The notes: generated by a model not told the origin, from the letters alone. A DNA stretch of 64,000 bases, filler included, from Gonapodya sp. JEL0774 (GCA_027604505.1; 3 parts of 3 records of this genome joined end to end with filler, not necessarily neighbours in it); one strand, 5' to 3'; shown: positions 16,320-27,869, counted from the whole stretch's first letter. Translations and numbers: made by a program.

Positions 16320-19315
16320 AAAAAGTAGTAAATAAGGGCAACCCGTGGATGGCTGGCCTATTGATTCAGTGGAAGTCAAAAGACTTAAAGTCTCAAATAG
16401 AGATCACTCCACAGATAAAAATCCAAGTAAAAAAGGGTCTGAACTGATTCATCTAAGTAAGATCCAAGTTTATTCCAGTTTAACGGTTCCAGGGGTATAT
16501 TCCCCCTGTCGAAATACTGGAATGGACAAATAAATCAAAATGAGAATCACTTTAGTAGTGGCGAACGAATAAGTTATTAGTTAGCCAAGAAACATAGAAG
16601 GAACATATCCAAGTCCTGTAAGGCATAACTAGACTATGAGTAGAACCAATAACCAAGATTTGAATAAAGGGATCTAACTCTAAGTCAAAAGAAGAATCAA
16701 TAGGCGAGAGCGAAAAGTACTGTGAAGGAAAGCTGAAAAAGGTTCATTGTAAATGACAAGTCCATGGAATCTAGTTCCTGAAACGGGTTGTTGGCAGCGT
16801 AAGCTTCTTAATGAAGCAAGCGTTTACCTTTTGCATAAGGGGCCTGCAACTTTATTCTCCTAGTATGCCCTCAAAAGAGAGGCCTAGTGAATGCGAAGTC
16901 TAATAGACTGTTTAATTAGGAGAATAAGGCCCGAAACCAGATGATCTAGGCAAGGCCAGGTAAAGATTAATCTCTTTTTCCTTGTTTATCTCTATCCCCC
17001 ATATCCACCTGACACTCGTCAGAGAGGAGGGGGGAGGGTCCTCATTGTGGTATCAATCGTAATACAAATCCTTCTCCATGGGTATATTATACCCTTGTCC
17101 AGATTATACAAAGAATGTATACATTCTTTGTATAATTATGGTGGGTAAGTAATGGTATTTGTACCACTATTACCCACTATCCTAATCCTGTTGTGATTTA
17201 TCACAACAGGATTAGATCTGGATTTGTATAAGCACAATGAGGAGTATACCCTAGGATAAAAGAATTGAATATTGGACCGAACAGGTGGCTGTTGCAATAG
17301 CCTCTGATGAGCTTTGTCTTGGAGTGAAAGACTAATCGTATCTGGAGATAGCTGGTCTACCACGAAAGCTATTGAAGTAGCATTGTGTATATTTACTCTT
17401 TTATAGGTGGATTAACGGTATGCTTGACTGACTTAACTCCCAATGATAAAGACAATAATACACAGGACTGACCCTGGGGGATAAGCTTCAGGGTCTAACA
17501 GGAAAGAGCCTAATACTATTGATAAGGTCTCCAACAAGGGCTGACAGGTATTGAGGAAGTCTAAGGATGTAGTTTACCACTGGGTGAGCATGGAAGTTGC
17601 TATCCCTAAGAGAACGTGTAACAACGCAAAGGTCGAAAAACGGAGGATTGTGAATGATTCTATTCCCATTTCCCCACTATCCCAGGCATCATAAATTAAC
17701 GAGCCTAAGCCCTTGACCGATTCATAGTCCCTTATCTCAACCCATAGTGAGAGGAGGGGGTAGTGGTACATGCCATATATTGGCAGAGAGAATGCAGGTG
17801 TGAGTATGAATAAATGATGCGAAGAATCATCATGGTCTAATACCTAAGGTTTTTTATGAAAAGTTTAGCTTCATTGAGTAAAACGGTTCCTGACCTTTAT
17901 TTTAATTTGGGATGGAATAGCAAATAAACCGTACTAGAAACCGACACTGGTAGGTAGATCGAGAAGATCAAGACTTAGGGAAAACCATTCAGAAGGAACT
18001 CGGCAAAATTCCTCCGTAACTTCGGGATAAGGGGTGCAACCCTCCTTGAATTAGCGAATGCGTTAGCATGAGCTAATCTATCTCAGAACTACTCGTTCTT
18101 CGATAGATGTAGGTCAAGGTAGGGGATGTGTCATAAAATCGGGAGGTAGGACTGTTTACTTAAAACTTCACTCTCTGCGATCTGTAAAAGATAGTATAGG
18201 GAGTAACTTTTGCCCGGTGTCAATACGTGAAAATCGTCTTGTAAAATAACTATTCTCATACCACAATAGGTGGGTTACCCTCCTTTGTGGTATGAGAGCA
18301 GGGGTGGGGAGTTAGAGTTGGTTTAGGTACTCCTGGGGTTTCAGGTCATTATTCCCATACAAATCCAGTCTAAAGAGTACTATTACCACTACTTGCTCCC
18401 TGTCATATCGAAGAACGAGTGAAACCTCTTAGTGATTTCACAAGAGATATAAGCTTTGATAAACGGCGGTCTTAACCATAAGGATCCAAAGGTAGCGAAA
18501 TTCCTCGGCTATTAATTGTAGTCCCGCATGAATAAAGTAACTATACTTCCACTGTCTCCTGAATGGACCCTTCGAAATCACATTGGTTGTGCAGATGCAA
18601 CCACGCCCTATAGGGACGGAAAGACCCTATGCAGCTTTACTGTTATCTAATATCTATCCTAAAAGCGAATATGTTAGAGAGACAGTTTGATTGGGGTGAT
18701 CGCCTTCTAAAAAGTAACGAAGGTGTGCAATGGTAGGCTTTACGCATAATGGCTTATGCCTGCTTGACTATAAGAATCACAATTCAAATAGAAAGGATTA
18801 GTAATTGTAACCCACTATCAGAGAGGGCATTATTTATACTACAATTACAATCACTTGGCCATAATGACCCGGTAGTATTAGCTACCGATCAACGAATAAA
18901 AGTTACGCTAGGGATAACAGCTTAGTCCTAAGTTAGAGTTCAAATCGACCTTAGGGTTCGGGACCTCGATGTCGACTCTTCCCAACCTGGTTGAGCAGGG
19001 GCTTCCAAGGGTGCGATTGTTCATCGCATAAAGGGGAACGTGAGTTGGGTTAACAACGTCGTGAGACAGTTGGGATCCTATCTTATAGGGCAATTTATAT
19101 CAAAAGATCCAGACTTTCGTACGAGAGGATCAGGGATGTAGAACCACTAGTGATCCAGTTCTTACTAGCGCTGGGTAGCTACGTTCTGAATAGAGAACCG
19201 CTGAAACCATCTGAAGCAGGAAACTTATCTTTTGTATAGACGTGTCAGGTAGAACACCTGGAGAGAACTAAATGGAAGTGTTGTGATACATTTAGTTTAC
19301 TCTCTCATAACACTG
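16320..19315 (+). rRNA. rnl: Mitochondrial large-subunit rRNA (ends approximate) with repeat insertions in variable helices
   Basis: 23S-like landmarks in order: GTGGATG, GAACTGATTCATCTAAGTA, AGTACTGTGAAGGAAAG, AAGGAACTCGGCAAA, AAGGTAGCGAAATTCCT, GACGGAAAGACCC, GGGATAACAG, ACCTCGATGTCGACTC, GTGAGACAGTT, GTACGAGAGGA, CCGCTGAAACCATCT. Confidence 0.95.
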
Positions 19316-20108
19316 TATATTACTTTTACACATTACAAATAACATATCATAATACAAATCCAATTATAAAATCGTGATACAATAAGGGTGGGAATACCCT
19401 TCCTTATATGATACCATTGATTTAGACAATGGGTAATAGTGACATAGTGCCACAATTACCCATTTATCCTGTTGTGATAAATCACAACAGGAGGGGGGAG
19501 GATCTATACCAACTCTAAACCCCACCCTTTGTTCTCATACCCACCTATTGTGGTGTAACTGTTTGTGACCCAGGTCTAACGAGTATGAGAATAACATAAC
19601 AAATAACATTACAAATTCTTCTCAAAGGGAGGGTATCCCCAACCCTCCAGGTACCCTATCTATGGTATTCCACTACGTGGAATACCACTATAAGTGGGTT
19701 ATCCCACCCATATGATATTATTCTGTGGTAGTACTCCTCATTGTGGTACAATCGTAATATAATGAAGACCCTACTCCTAAGTGGGTAATTGTGGCACTAT
19801 ACTCCTTAGACAACACTTTGGAGGGTCACCAACCCTTACCCCCCCTCCCATTTGTATTACGATAGATACCACAATAAGGTCCCTACCCCTAAGGGGGAGG
19901 AGTACCAACTATTACCCCCCTCCCATATGGGAATAGACCAGGTCACAATAGGAGATAGATATCTATACAACTCCTTCAATAAGTATTTGTATGAGAATAG
20001 TGGATTTGTATGGTAACAGGGGGAGGGGGGGGTAAGAATTGGTTATCTCTCCCCCTTCCCAATATTACAGAGTAACAAATAGAATGTTAAAATTACCCCC
20101 TATAACCG

Positions 20109-21002
20109 ATGAAATCATTAATTGTTGCTTTGCCTATCGTTTTAGCTGTTGCCTTTATGACTTTGGCTGAACGTAAACTTATGGGCGCTATTCAAAGACG
20201 AGTGGGTCCAAATAGTGTAGGTTTTCTTGGTTTACTTCAACCATTCTTTGATGGTGTAAAACTAATTCTTAAAGAAACTGTTTTACCACTAGAATCTAAT
20301 CATTGGATTTTCGTCTTAGCCCCCTTCCTTACTTTCTATTTAGCCTTACTTAATTGGTTAGTTCTACCACTTTATGAAGGCTTAGTTCTTATGGATTTAG
20401 AGGCTAGTCTTTTATATCTTTTAGCCATTTCTTCTCTTGGTGTATATGGTATTATTTATTCTGGTTGGGCTGCCAACTCTAAATGGACTTTATTAGGTTC
20501 TTTACGTTCTACTGCCCAAATGGTTAGTTATGAAGTAAGTATGAGTCTTATTATCCTTACTGTAGTATATATTGGTGCTTCTGTAAACCTTGTAGAAATT
20601 GCCTATTTACAATCAGACTTTATGTTTTTCTGGCCCCTATGGCCAATTGCTATTATTGCCTTCATCGCAGCTCTTGCTGAAACCAATCGTGCTCCAATGG
20701 ATCTTCCCGAAGCGGAAAGTGAACTTGTAGCTGGTTTTATGACCGAACACAGTGCTATTTCTTTCACTTTCTTATTCCTTGCCGAATATACTAATATTAT
20801 TACTATTTCTACCCTTCTTAACCTTTTATTCTTAGGTTTTTATAGCCCTATTATTATTTATCTATTCATTTGGGTTCGTGCTTCCCTTCCTAGATTAAGA
20901 TTTGATCAACTTTTACGTCTTGGTTGGGTTTATTTACTTCCTCTTCTTATCGCTTTCCTTATTATTGAACCAGCTATTCTTTATAGCTTCGATCTTTTTT
21001 AG
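20109..21002 (+). CDS. nad1: NADH dehydrogenase subunit 1
   Basis: TLAERKLMGAIQRRVGPN, AQMVSYEVS, AETNRAPMDLPEAESELVAGF, WVRASLPRLRFDQL. Confidence 0.98.
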   Translation: MKSLIVALPIVLAVAFMTLAERKLMGAIQRRVGPNSVGFLGLLQPFFDGVKLILKETVLPLESNHWIFVLAPFLTFYLALLNWLVLPLYEGLVLMDLEASLLYLLAISSLGVYGIIYSGWAANSKWTLLGSLRSTAQMVSYEVSMSLIILTVVYIGASVNLVEIAYLQSDFMFFWPLWPIAIIAFIAALAETNRAPMDLPEAESELVAGFMTEHSAISFTFLFLAEYTNIITISTLLNLLFLGFYSPIIIYLFIWVRASLPRLRFDQLLRLGWVYLLPLLIAFLIIEPAILYSFDLF

Positions 21003-21581
21003 TTCCGTAATACAAATCCAAATTAATGATACCAAATCTCCAGGAGATTTGGTATCACATAAGGGAAGGTATTACCACCTTTTTGTTGTAAAACAATTTA
21101 TTGTTTTACAATTGTATTTGTATTACGATGGTGGGAGGGTGGTAATAGTTGGTACTCCTCCCCCTTAGGGGGAGGGACCTCAGATAATCTCATACAAATC
21201 CAAATCAATGATACCATTGATTTGGACAATGGGTAAATTACCCACTTATCCTGTTGTGATAAATCACAACAGGATTATTTGTATGAGAATAAGTGGTGGG
21301 GGGGTTAGAGTTGGTGTAGATCCCCCTTAGGGGGAGGGTCCTCATTGTGAATGAGGAGCATTATACCACTATTACCCATTTGTCGTAATACAAATTCAGA
21401 TTCACATAGTGAATCTGAACAATGGCATAATATGGTTAAGTACCACTATAACCCACTTGTCTTTCTTCTATGGTAGTTATACCACAGAAGAAAGATTTGT
21501 ATTACGATATCTGAGGAGTAATAGTACCATAACTACCCCCTGTTCTCATACAATAATGTTATACATTATTTGTATGAGAAT

Positions 21582-21653
21582 TGTAGAATTGAGTAAGAGG
21601 TAACTCGCAGGTCTCATCAGCCGGAAATGAAGGTTCGAATCCTTCTTCTACAA
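21582..21653 (+). tRNA. trnM: tRNA-Met (CAU), probable initiator, with non-canonical C37
   Basis: Acceptor TGTAGAA/TTCTACA; anticodon loop CT-CAT-CA (CAT at 21615-21617, C at 21618); T arm GAAGG-TTCGAAT-CCTTC. Confidence 0.9.
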
Positions 21654-22287
21654 AGGGCAACAAGATGGGAAGAGGGTGTAAATGTATTCCTATCCTGTTG
21701 TTATGGTGGTACCCTGTAAGATATACTTACCCCACCCCCCCACATTGTAAAACAATTAACCTCATACAAATATCCTGTTGTGAGGGTAGTTAAGGTTTAT
21801 ATAATAACCATACCTTTCCACTTACTCTTATACAAATCCAGATCTACTATGTAGATCTGGATTTGTATAAGAATAGGTGGGTCAACTATGTTGATTTGGA
21901 CGATGGGTAAATAGTGATATAGTGCCACAATTACCCACTTAGGGGTAGGGTCCTCATTGTGAATGAGGAGCATTTTACCACTATTACCCATAGGACAAGT
22001 AAGAGGGGTTCCCTCTAACGATTTATACTTACCATATGGGGGAAAATCCTCCTTGAGGGGGGATATCCTAGTATCGTATACCACTCTATATATAATTGTA
22101 TTACACCACCTTCTTCGATAAATTACTCCTTTGGTTGTGGTATTAATGGTACCAAATCTCCATTGTAATAGAAATAATACGTTGTATTATTTCTATTACA
22201 GTAAGTAGGAGGGTCACCAACTCTTACCCCACTCCCACTTGTCGTAATACAAATAATGTATTACGACCACAATGAGGAGTATTACGA

Positions 22288-23262
22288 GGTAACTAGAATG
22301 TTCGCTAAGTGTAGGGAATTCTTGATTGAGGGATAAAATACATTGATATCAAGAGGAACATCGACGGAGAAGTCACTATACTGCAAAACATTGACGCTGA
22401 ATCCAGTAAAGTGTAGGTAGCAAACGGGATTAGATACCCCAGTAGTCTGCACCCTCGATTGAGTGGAGAACAAAGTGTTTATCCATTCTGCCTGGAAAGT
22501 AAGGTCGCAAGACTGAAATCCAATGGATTAGACGGGTACCAACAAAAGCAGAGGCGCATCTTGTTTAATTCGATGGTCCACGAAAACCTTACCCCCTCTA
22601 TTCAGACTAGTTACCATTGGTAGTTCTGTGGTCTGTTTCTTCGGTTTGCTTCGCAAACCCTAGAAAAACAAAGTCTTAGGTATTGCACGGCAGTTGTCAA
22701 CGAATCTCGCGAGAGTATCTGTGAAACCTTAGAAATAGCTATTGTCATAGAAAGCTGTTGAAATAGAAAATTCAGTAGTGGTACTAGTACCATTACCTAG
22801 CCACTTATTGTAATATAAGAATTTTTCTATGAAAGGCTATGAATGTAAGGCTATGACTAAGACCAAAACATGCACGCGTGGCCCAATGAGGGGGGCTACA
22901 AAGGTGCGACAACGGTAGAGACAATTAACTAAACTCTACCACGTATGAATAGGTTCTTGGAACCAGAACCTTGATTCTGGATTTGCTAGTAATCGCGATT
23001 TAGTATCTCGCGGTGAATCTAAAATTGGTACTATACTAACTGCCCATCAAGTACTGGGATTATGTCCATGAGAAAATCTTAGACCCTGACAGTGAAACTG
23101 TCTGGGGAAAGAGGGGTAGACTTATCTCCTTATGGGGTAGGTTGGCCCCTCTTATCCTCCTAACAACATAGTTGTTAGAGGAGAAGGGGTTGAAGGTGGT
23201 AGTAAGACCGGTATTAAGTTGTAACAAGGTAATCGTAGCGGAAGCTGCGGTCTAATTTATTC
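22288..23262 (+). rRNA. rns: Small-subunit rRNA, 3' module (about E. coli position 650 to the 3' end)
   Basis: GGATTAGATACCC, GTTTAATTCGA, GAAAACCTTACC, GCTAGTAATCGC, AAGTTGTAACAAGGTA...GCGGAAGCTGCGG. Confidence 0.93.
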
Positions 23263-23885
23263 ATTATCCATAATAAATATAATCTCGTGAAATTATCATA
23301 CATTTAAGTTGCACTATCGTAATACTCTTCATTGTGGTAAATTGTACCACAATAAGGACCCTCACCCATATGGTTATAATACAAATCCAAAAATTTCCCA
23401 CTTATCTTGTTGTGATCATAATACAAATCTTTCTCCTGTGGTATAACTACCACAGGAGAAAGACAAGTGGGTCATAGTAGTACTTAACCATATTATGCCA
23501 TTGTTCAGATTCACTATGTGAATCTGAATTTGTATTACGACAAGTGGGAGTGGGGTAAGAGTTGGTGACCCTCCTAAGTATTGTCTAAGGAGTACTATAC
23601 CATTATTACCCATTTATTCTCATACAAATAAGTGGGTAATTTACCCATTGTCCAAATCAATGGTATCATTGATTTGGATTTGTATGAGAAAAGGAGGGGG
23701 GTTAAGGTTGGTATAGATCCCCCCTTAAGGGGAGGGTTCTCAGTGTGGTACAATCGTAATACAAATTCAAATCAATAGTACCACAATAAGGAGGTCACAA
23801 TAGGAGATAGATATCTAGGGGAGGGACCCCCCCTCCCACTATATACCCACCCTAGTTGAATCTTCATATTTCAATCTATTTAATG

Positions 23886-25172
23886 ATGCTTTTAATTCTA
23901 TTCTTCCTTACATTTCTTATGATGAGTGTTGGTAGATACTCTGGTAGAATTGCCTTTTTAAGTCTTACTTTCTATCTTTTATTCTTAGGTTATTTCTATT
24001 ACTTATTACCAGAAGGTACTACTTTAATCTTAGCTGATGGTTTACTAAGCTTAGACAGTTCCTTACTATTTTCTATCTTATTTATGGGTGTTGTCTTATA
24101 TATTATTGTAAGTAGAGTTAATAACTTAGGTTGGGAATTCCATCTTATGCTTTTTAGTGGCTATACCGGTGCTATCTATATGATTATTGGCTATGACTGG
24201 CTTATTAGTCTTATTGGGTTTGAATTTCTTAACTTATCTACCTATCTAATCCTATCCCTTTACAGAGGTACTGAATCTGCCACTCTTAAATATCTTTTAA
24301 TGAGTGCTTTTTTCACTACTTTCTTTCTTTTAGCTATTAGTCTTTTCTATGGTCTTACTGGTTCTACTGCCTTTGATAGTATCTACGCCTCTATGAATTA
24401 TTTAGATAGTTCCTTAATTCTTTGGCCTCAATTACTCCTTTTACTTACTTTTAGTTTCAAATTAGGTCTTGTTCCAGTACATCTTTGGGTTCCAGATGTT
24501 TATGATGGCCTTCCAATGGAATTAGTTCTTTGGATTGGTACTCTACCAAAATTAGCAATTCTATTCTTTTTACCTGTTCTCCACCCATTACTTATTAATG
24601 TAAGTGACTATTTCCTTATGGGTGGTGTACTTTCTTTCCTTTTAGCCGCTATTAGTTTAGGTGCTCAATATAGACTTAAAAGATTCTTAGCCTTCTCTGC
24701 TATTGGTCATATGGGTATTATGATTACTGGTTTTGCTATTGGAGATTATCATTCTTTCTGGTTCTATATTCTTATTTATTTCACTGCTTCTGTTAACCTT
24801 TTCCTTATCTTAGCTGAACTTCCGGGCATCGACCTTATGAAACGCCTTACTATGATTACTACTAATTATCCTTTAGCCTTTGCTTTTCTTATTGCTGTTT
24901 TTACTATGGCTGCTGTACCACCATTCTCTGGTTTTTATGCCAAACTTCTTGTTCTATTTGGTCTTATTGATGTACGTTATATGATTATTGCTATCTTACT
25001 TATTCTTACCTCTTTACGTACTGCTGCTTATTACTTACGTCTTATTCAAACCACTTTCTTCGGTCCAATTACCACTACTATTAACACTGGTCCTATTACT
25101 GTTTCTTATGCAAATCTTATTGCTATTACTACTACTTGCCTTTTACCTACTACCCAACTTCTTCTTCTCTAA
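23886..25172 (+). CDS. nad2: NADH dehydrogenase subunit 2
   Basis: ESATLKYLLMSA, FKLGLVPVHLWVPDVYDG, KRFLAFSAIGHMG, MAAVPPFSGFYAK, AYYLRLI. Start chosen at G-ATG 23886; the frame is open from 23856. Confidence 0.95.
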   Translation: MLLILFFLTFLMMSVGRYSGRIAFLSLTFYLLFLGYFYYLLPEGTTLILADGLLSLDSSLLFSILFMGVVLYIIVSRVNNLGWEFHLMLFSGYTGAIYMIIGYDWLISLIGFEFLNLSTYLILSLYRGTESATLKYLLMSAFFTTFFLLAISLFYGLTGSTAFDSIYASMNYLDSSLILWPQLLLLLTFSFKLGLVPVHLWVPDVYDGLPMELVLWIGTLPKLAILFFLPVLHPLLINVSDYFLMGGVLSFLLAAISLGAQYRLKRFLAFSAIGHMGIMITGFAIGDYHSFWFYILIYFTASVNLFLILAELPGIDLMKRLTMITTNYPLAFAFLIAVFTMAAVPPFSGFYAKLLVLFGLIDVRYMIIAILLILTSLRTAAYYLRLIQTTFFGPITTTINTGPITVSYANLIAITTTCLLPTTQLLLL

Positions 25173-25791
25173 CCGCCTAGGGGAATAGTGGACCCCACCC
25201 TAGAGGGTATACCCTCTTCAATGGGAGGGGTTAAAGTATCACCCTCTAACGAGTGAGTAGGTGGGTATTGTGACGTAATACAAATAATCCTGTTCTCATA
25301 CAAATCCAAATCAATGGTATAGGTAAAAGTTGGTGACCCTCCTAAGTGTTGTCTAAGGAGTATAATGCCTCAATTTCACCCTTATTTGTATGAGAATACA
25401 AAGAATCCTGTCAGGGTATCACCATAGGGGGTTAGGGTTGGTATTGTGATACCTCAATAAGGAGTATTTGTACCATTATCTACCCACTATCCTAATTGTT
25501 TTACACAGGATTAGGATAGTGGGTAACCCTCCCCCTAAGGGGGGGGGGATCTATACCAACCTTAACCCCCCTCCTTTGTGGAGGGGAATAGACCTGGTTA
25601 TATATCTGGGGATAACCCACCTATTGTGATATAACTGTAAAACATCATTTGTATTACTAACACAATAGGTGGGTATGAGAACTCCTCATTGTGATATCAA
25701 CCTTAACCCCTCTCCCTCACTACCCTTTATTCAAGTCATGGGGAAGGGGGGGGTAAGAGTTGGTCATGGCTATAAATATTCGATGATGTGC

Positions 25792-26303
25792 AAAATACGA
25801 AAGGGTATGATCATGGCTCCGGATGATCGCATTTTCTTTGACCTAACACATGCTTATCAACTTAGGTATCGCGAATGCGTTATCTATGGAATTACCTCGC
25901 TCATAACCCATGAGTGAGGTACCCGTAGCTAATGCGTTCTTCGCTCGGTTGGTGATAGGGTGAGTGTGCGGAAACCTGTAGATGCTTTTAGTGTTTAGGG
26001 GGTTTCGGTGTAGTTTAGAAGGATGGTAGTGGTGACGGCCTACCAAATCGATGATCTAGAGCAATTAAGCCACAGTGGTACATTCAAAAAGACCATCCCA
26101 TTTATATGGGCAGCAGTGAGGAATATTAGGCAATGTGGGAAACCATGACCTAGTCAAAGAAAGAGAGTAATCTCCTAAGCTCTATTTATATTGAAAGTAG
26201 AGTGTAGAAGCAGTGTCCAAATTCCTGTGCCAGAAGACTCGGTAAGGCAGGATCTGCTAGCGCTATCCACAGTTAATAGGCACCTGGTAAGGCGGTAATT
26301 ATA
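25792..26303 (+). rRNA. rns: Small-subunit rRNA, 5' module (about E. coli positions 1-590)
   Basis: TGATCATGGCTC, CCTAACACATGC, GGCAGCAGTGAGGAATATT, GTGCCAGAAGACTCGGTAA; similarity stops after AGGCGG and repeat sequence follows. Confidence 0.93.
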
Positions 26304-26901
26304 ATAAATTTATCTATATAATACAAATAATGTATTACACCCCCTTAGGGGGGAGGGGGGGGGGTCCTTCTAACGATGAGGGTATCCTCACATCCCCTTC
26401 TTTCATAAATTATACAAAAGCAGTGTTTTAGTATAACTGCTACTCCTTTAACGAGTGAGTAGGAGGGTAGATAGTGAGGAGATAGTGGTACAAGTACTCC
26501 TCATTGAGGTACAATTTATCGTTCTCATACAAATAATGTATAACATTATTTGTATGAGAACAAGTGGGTAATTATGGTATTATACTTCTTAGACAACACT
26601 TAGTGTTGTCTAAGAGGTATAATGCTTCTCATTCACAATGAGGACCCCCACCCCCTTGTTTTCATACCCAAGGAGTATGATAACCTAACGGTAAATTTAT
26701 ATAACAACCAAGGATGAATTTATATTTTGACCCTATAATCGTGGGAGTGTAAACCCATTTTGAGGGTTAGCACAATTCTATCTAGAAAGGATAGTCCTCA
26801 TGGGTAATTATGGTTTACTCCTTATAGCCCTATCCTATAAGTAATCAGAGATATATCCCCCTCTGGATTTGTATTAGGAAACCCACAACTACCCCTATGA
26901 G

Positions 26902-26972
26902 AATGGAATAGTTTAATGGTAAAACTTTGGTCTCCAAAACCAACGTTATAGGTTCGAGTCCTATTTCCCCTA
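26902..26972 (+). tRNA. trnW: tRNA-Trp (CCA), predicted 5' edited
   Basis: Anticodon arm TTGGT-CTCCAAA-ACCAA; T arm ATAGG-TTCGAGT-CCTAT; acceptor AATGGAA/TTCCCCT mismatched at pairs 2 and 3. Confidence 0.92.
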
Positions 26973-27164
26973 TATGACTAAATACTCATTGAGTAATCAC
27001 AATGAGGGGAGGGGGGTAAGGGTTGGTGACCCTCCCCTAGATATCTGGGGGTAACCCACCTGGATTTGTATAATAATAAGTGGGAAGGTATGGTTATAGT
27101 GGGTAGATAGTGGTACAAATACTCCTCAGACAACATCTATCCCAACCTTAACCCCCCAACAGGA

Positions 27165-27264
27165 NNNNNNNNNNNNNNNNNNNNNNNNNNNNNNNNNNNN
27201 NNNNNNNNTTAATTAATTAANNNNNNNNNNNNNNNNNNNNNNNNNNNNNNNNNNNNNNNNNNNN
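27165..27264. other. Artificial contig-joining linker
   Basis: N runs flank TTAATTAATTAA (stops in all six frames); sequence switches abruptly from AT-rich mtDNA to GC-richer intron-containing DNA. Confidence 0.99.
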
Positions 27265-27334
27265 CTGGTGTTCGGTTCTGAGCATGTCGCTCACATCTGC
27301 TCTCCCTGTCTCTCCCTGCACCGCGTTTCCTCAG

Positions 27335-27471
27335 CTGCCTACAACAAGCGCTCCACCATCTCGTCTCGCGAGGTACAGACCGCCATCCGTCTCATTCTCC
27401 CCGGTGAGCTCGCCAAACACGCCGTGTCTGAGGGCACTAAGGCGGTCACCAAGTTCACCAGCTCCAAGTAA
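27335..27471 (+). CDS. H2B: Histone H2B, last exon (gene truncated by the contig edge)
   Basis: [44 protein letters not shown], preceded by an intron 3' end (GCTCAC branch-like site, pyrimidine tract, CAG). Confidence 0.97.
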
Positions 27472-27530
27472 AGAGGGGAACTTGAAGTCTGCACGCCATC
27501 TTGACTGCTGAAGCAGACATTACTTCATTT

Positions 27531-27546
27531 GGTTTTTATAAAAACC
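27531..27546 (+). promoter_or_regulatory. Candidate histone mRNA 3' stem-loop
   Basis: GGTTTT-TATA-AAAACC followed by ACC, 59 nt after the H2B stop; 6-bp stem and 4-nt loop; identical in the second H2B copy. Confidence 0.6.
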
Positions 27547-27869
27547 ACCTCTATTGTACATACATAGTCAATCTCAATTCCAATCTCCAAATTCTGCGCA
27601 ATTGTTTATTTGCCTAGTCTGACGTTTCCCTACCTGACCACTCCGTTGTTGCAATCATTCTCTCTTGGCACACCTGTTCACAGACACCATCAGTTTTCGG
27701 TGGTCGTAGTTAATTGGAGTATTTACATGATTGCAACTGAGATGTATTTTTTTGCTGCCTTCGCATGCTTATTCGTATGGAATTAATTCTTGTTCAGTCG
27801 TGGGGAAGTGATCGTGATGGCGGCGGGGACCACCGCTGTGCAGCTGTTCCCTCCCAACCCACTTCTGAC

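Noticed and set aside
25365..25430. atp8 candidates starting MPQ (also at ~3401)
   Set aside because: Both derive from repeat sequence, stop within about 20 codons and lack the hydrophobic helix. atp6/8/9, cox3 and nad3/5/6 are not in this window.
6347..26046. Many 60-145 aa ORFs in mitochondrial intergenic and rRNA regions
   Set aside because: They translate cassette or rRNA sequence (recurring peptides such as IQIQI and IIPILPICRNTNP) and show no protein-family motifs.
4454..27164. CRISPR-like array in the repeat-rich mtDNA
   Set aside because: The repeats are dispersed, nested and in both orientations, with recurring rather than unique spacers; no cas genes.
27165..27264. mtDNA adjacent to nuclear genes as a NUMT or mito-nuclear fusion
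   Set aside because: The junction is a synthetic N/TTAATTAATTAA/N linker, so adjacency carries no biological meaning. The mt contig also ends in a repeat found at ~6606 and ~12252.
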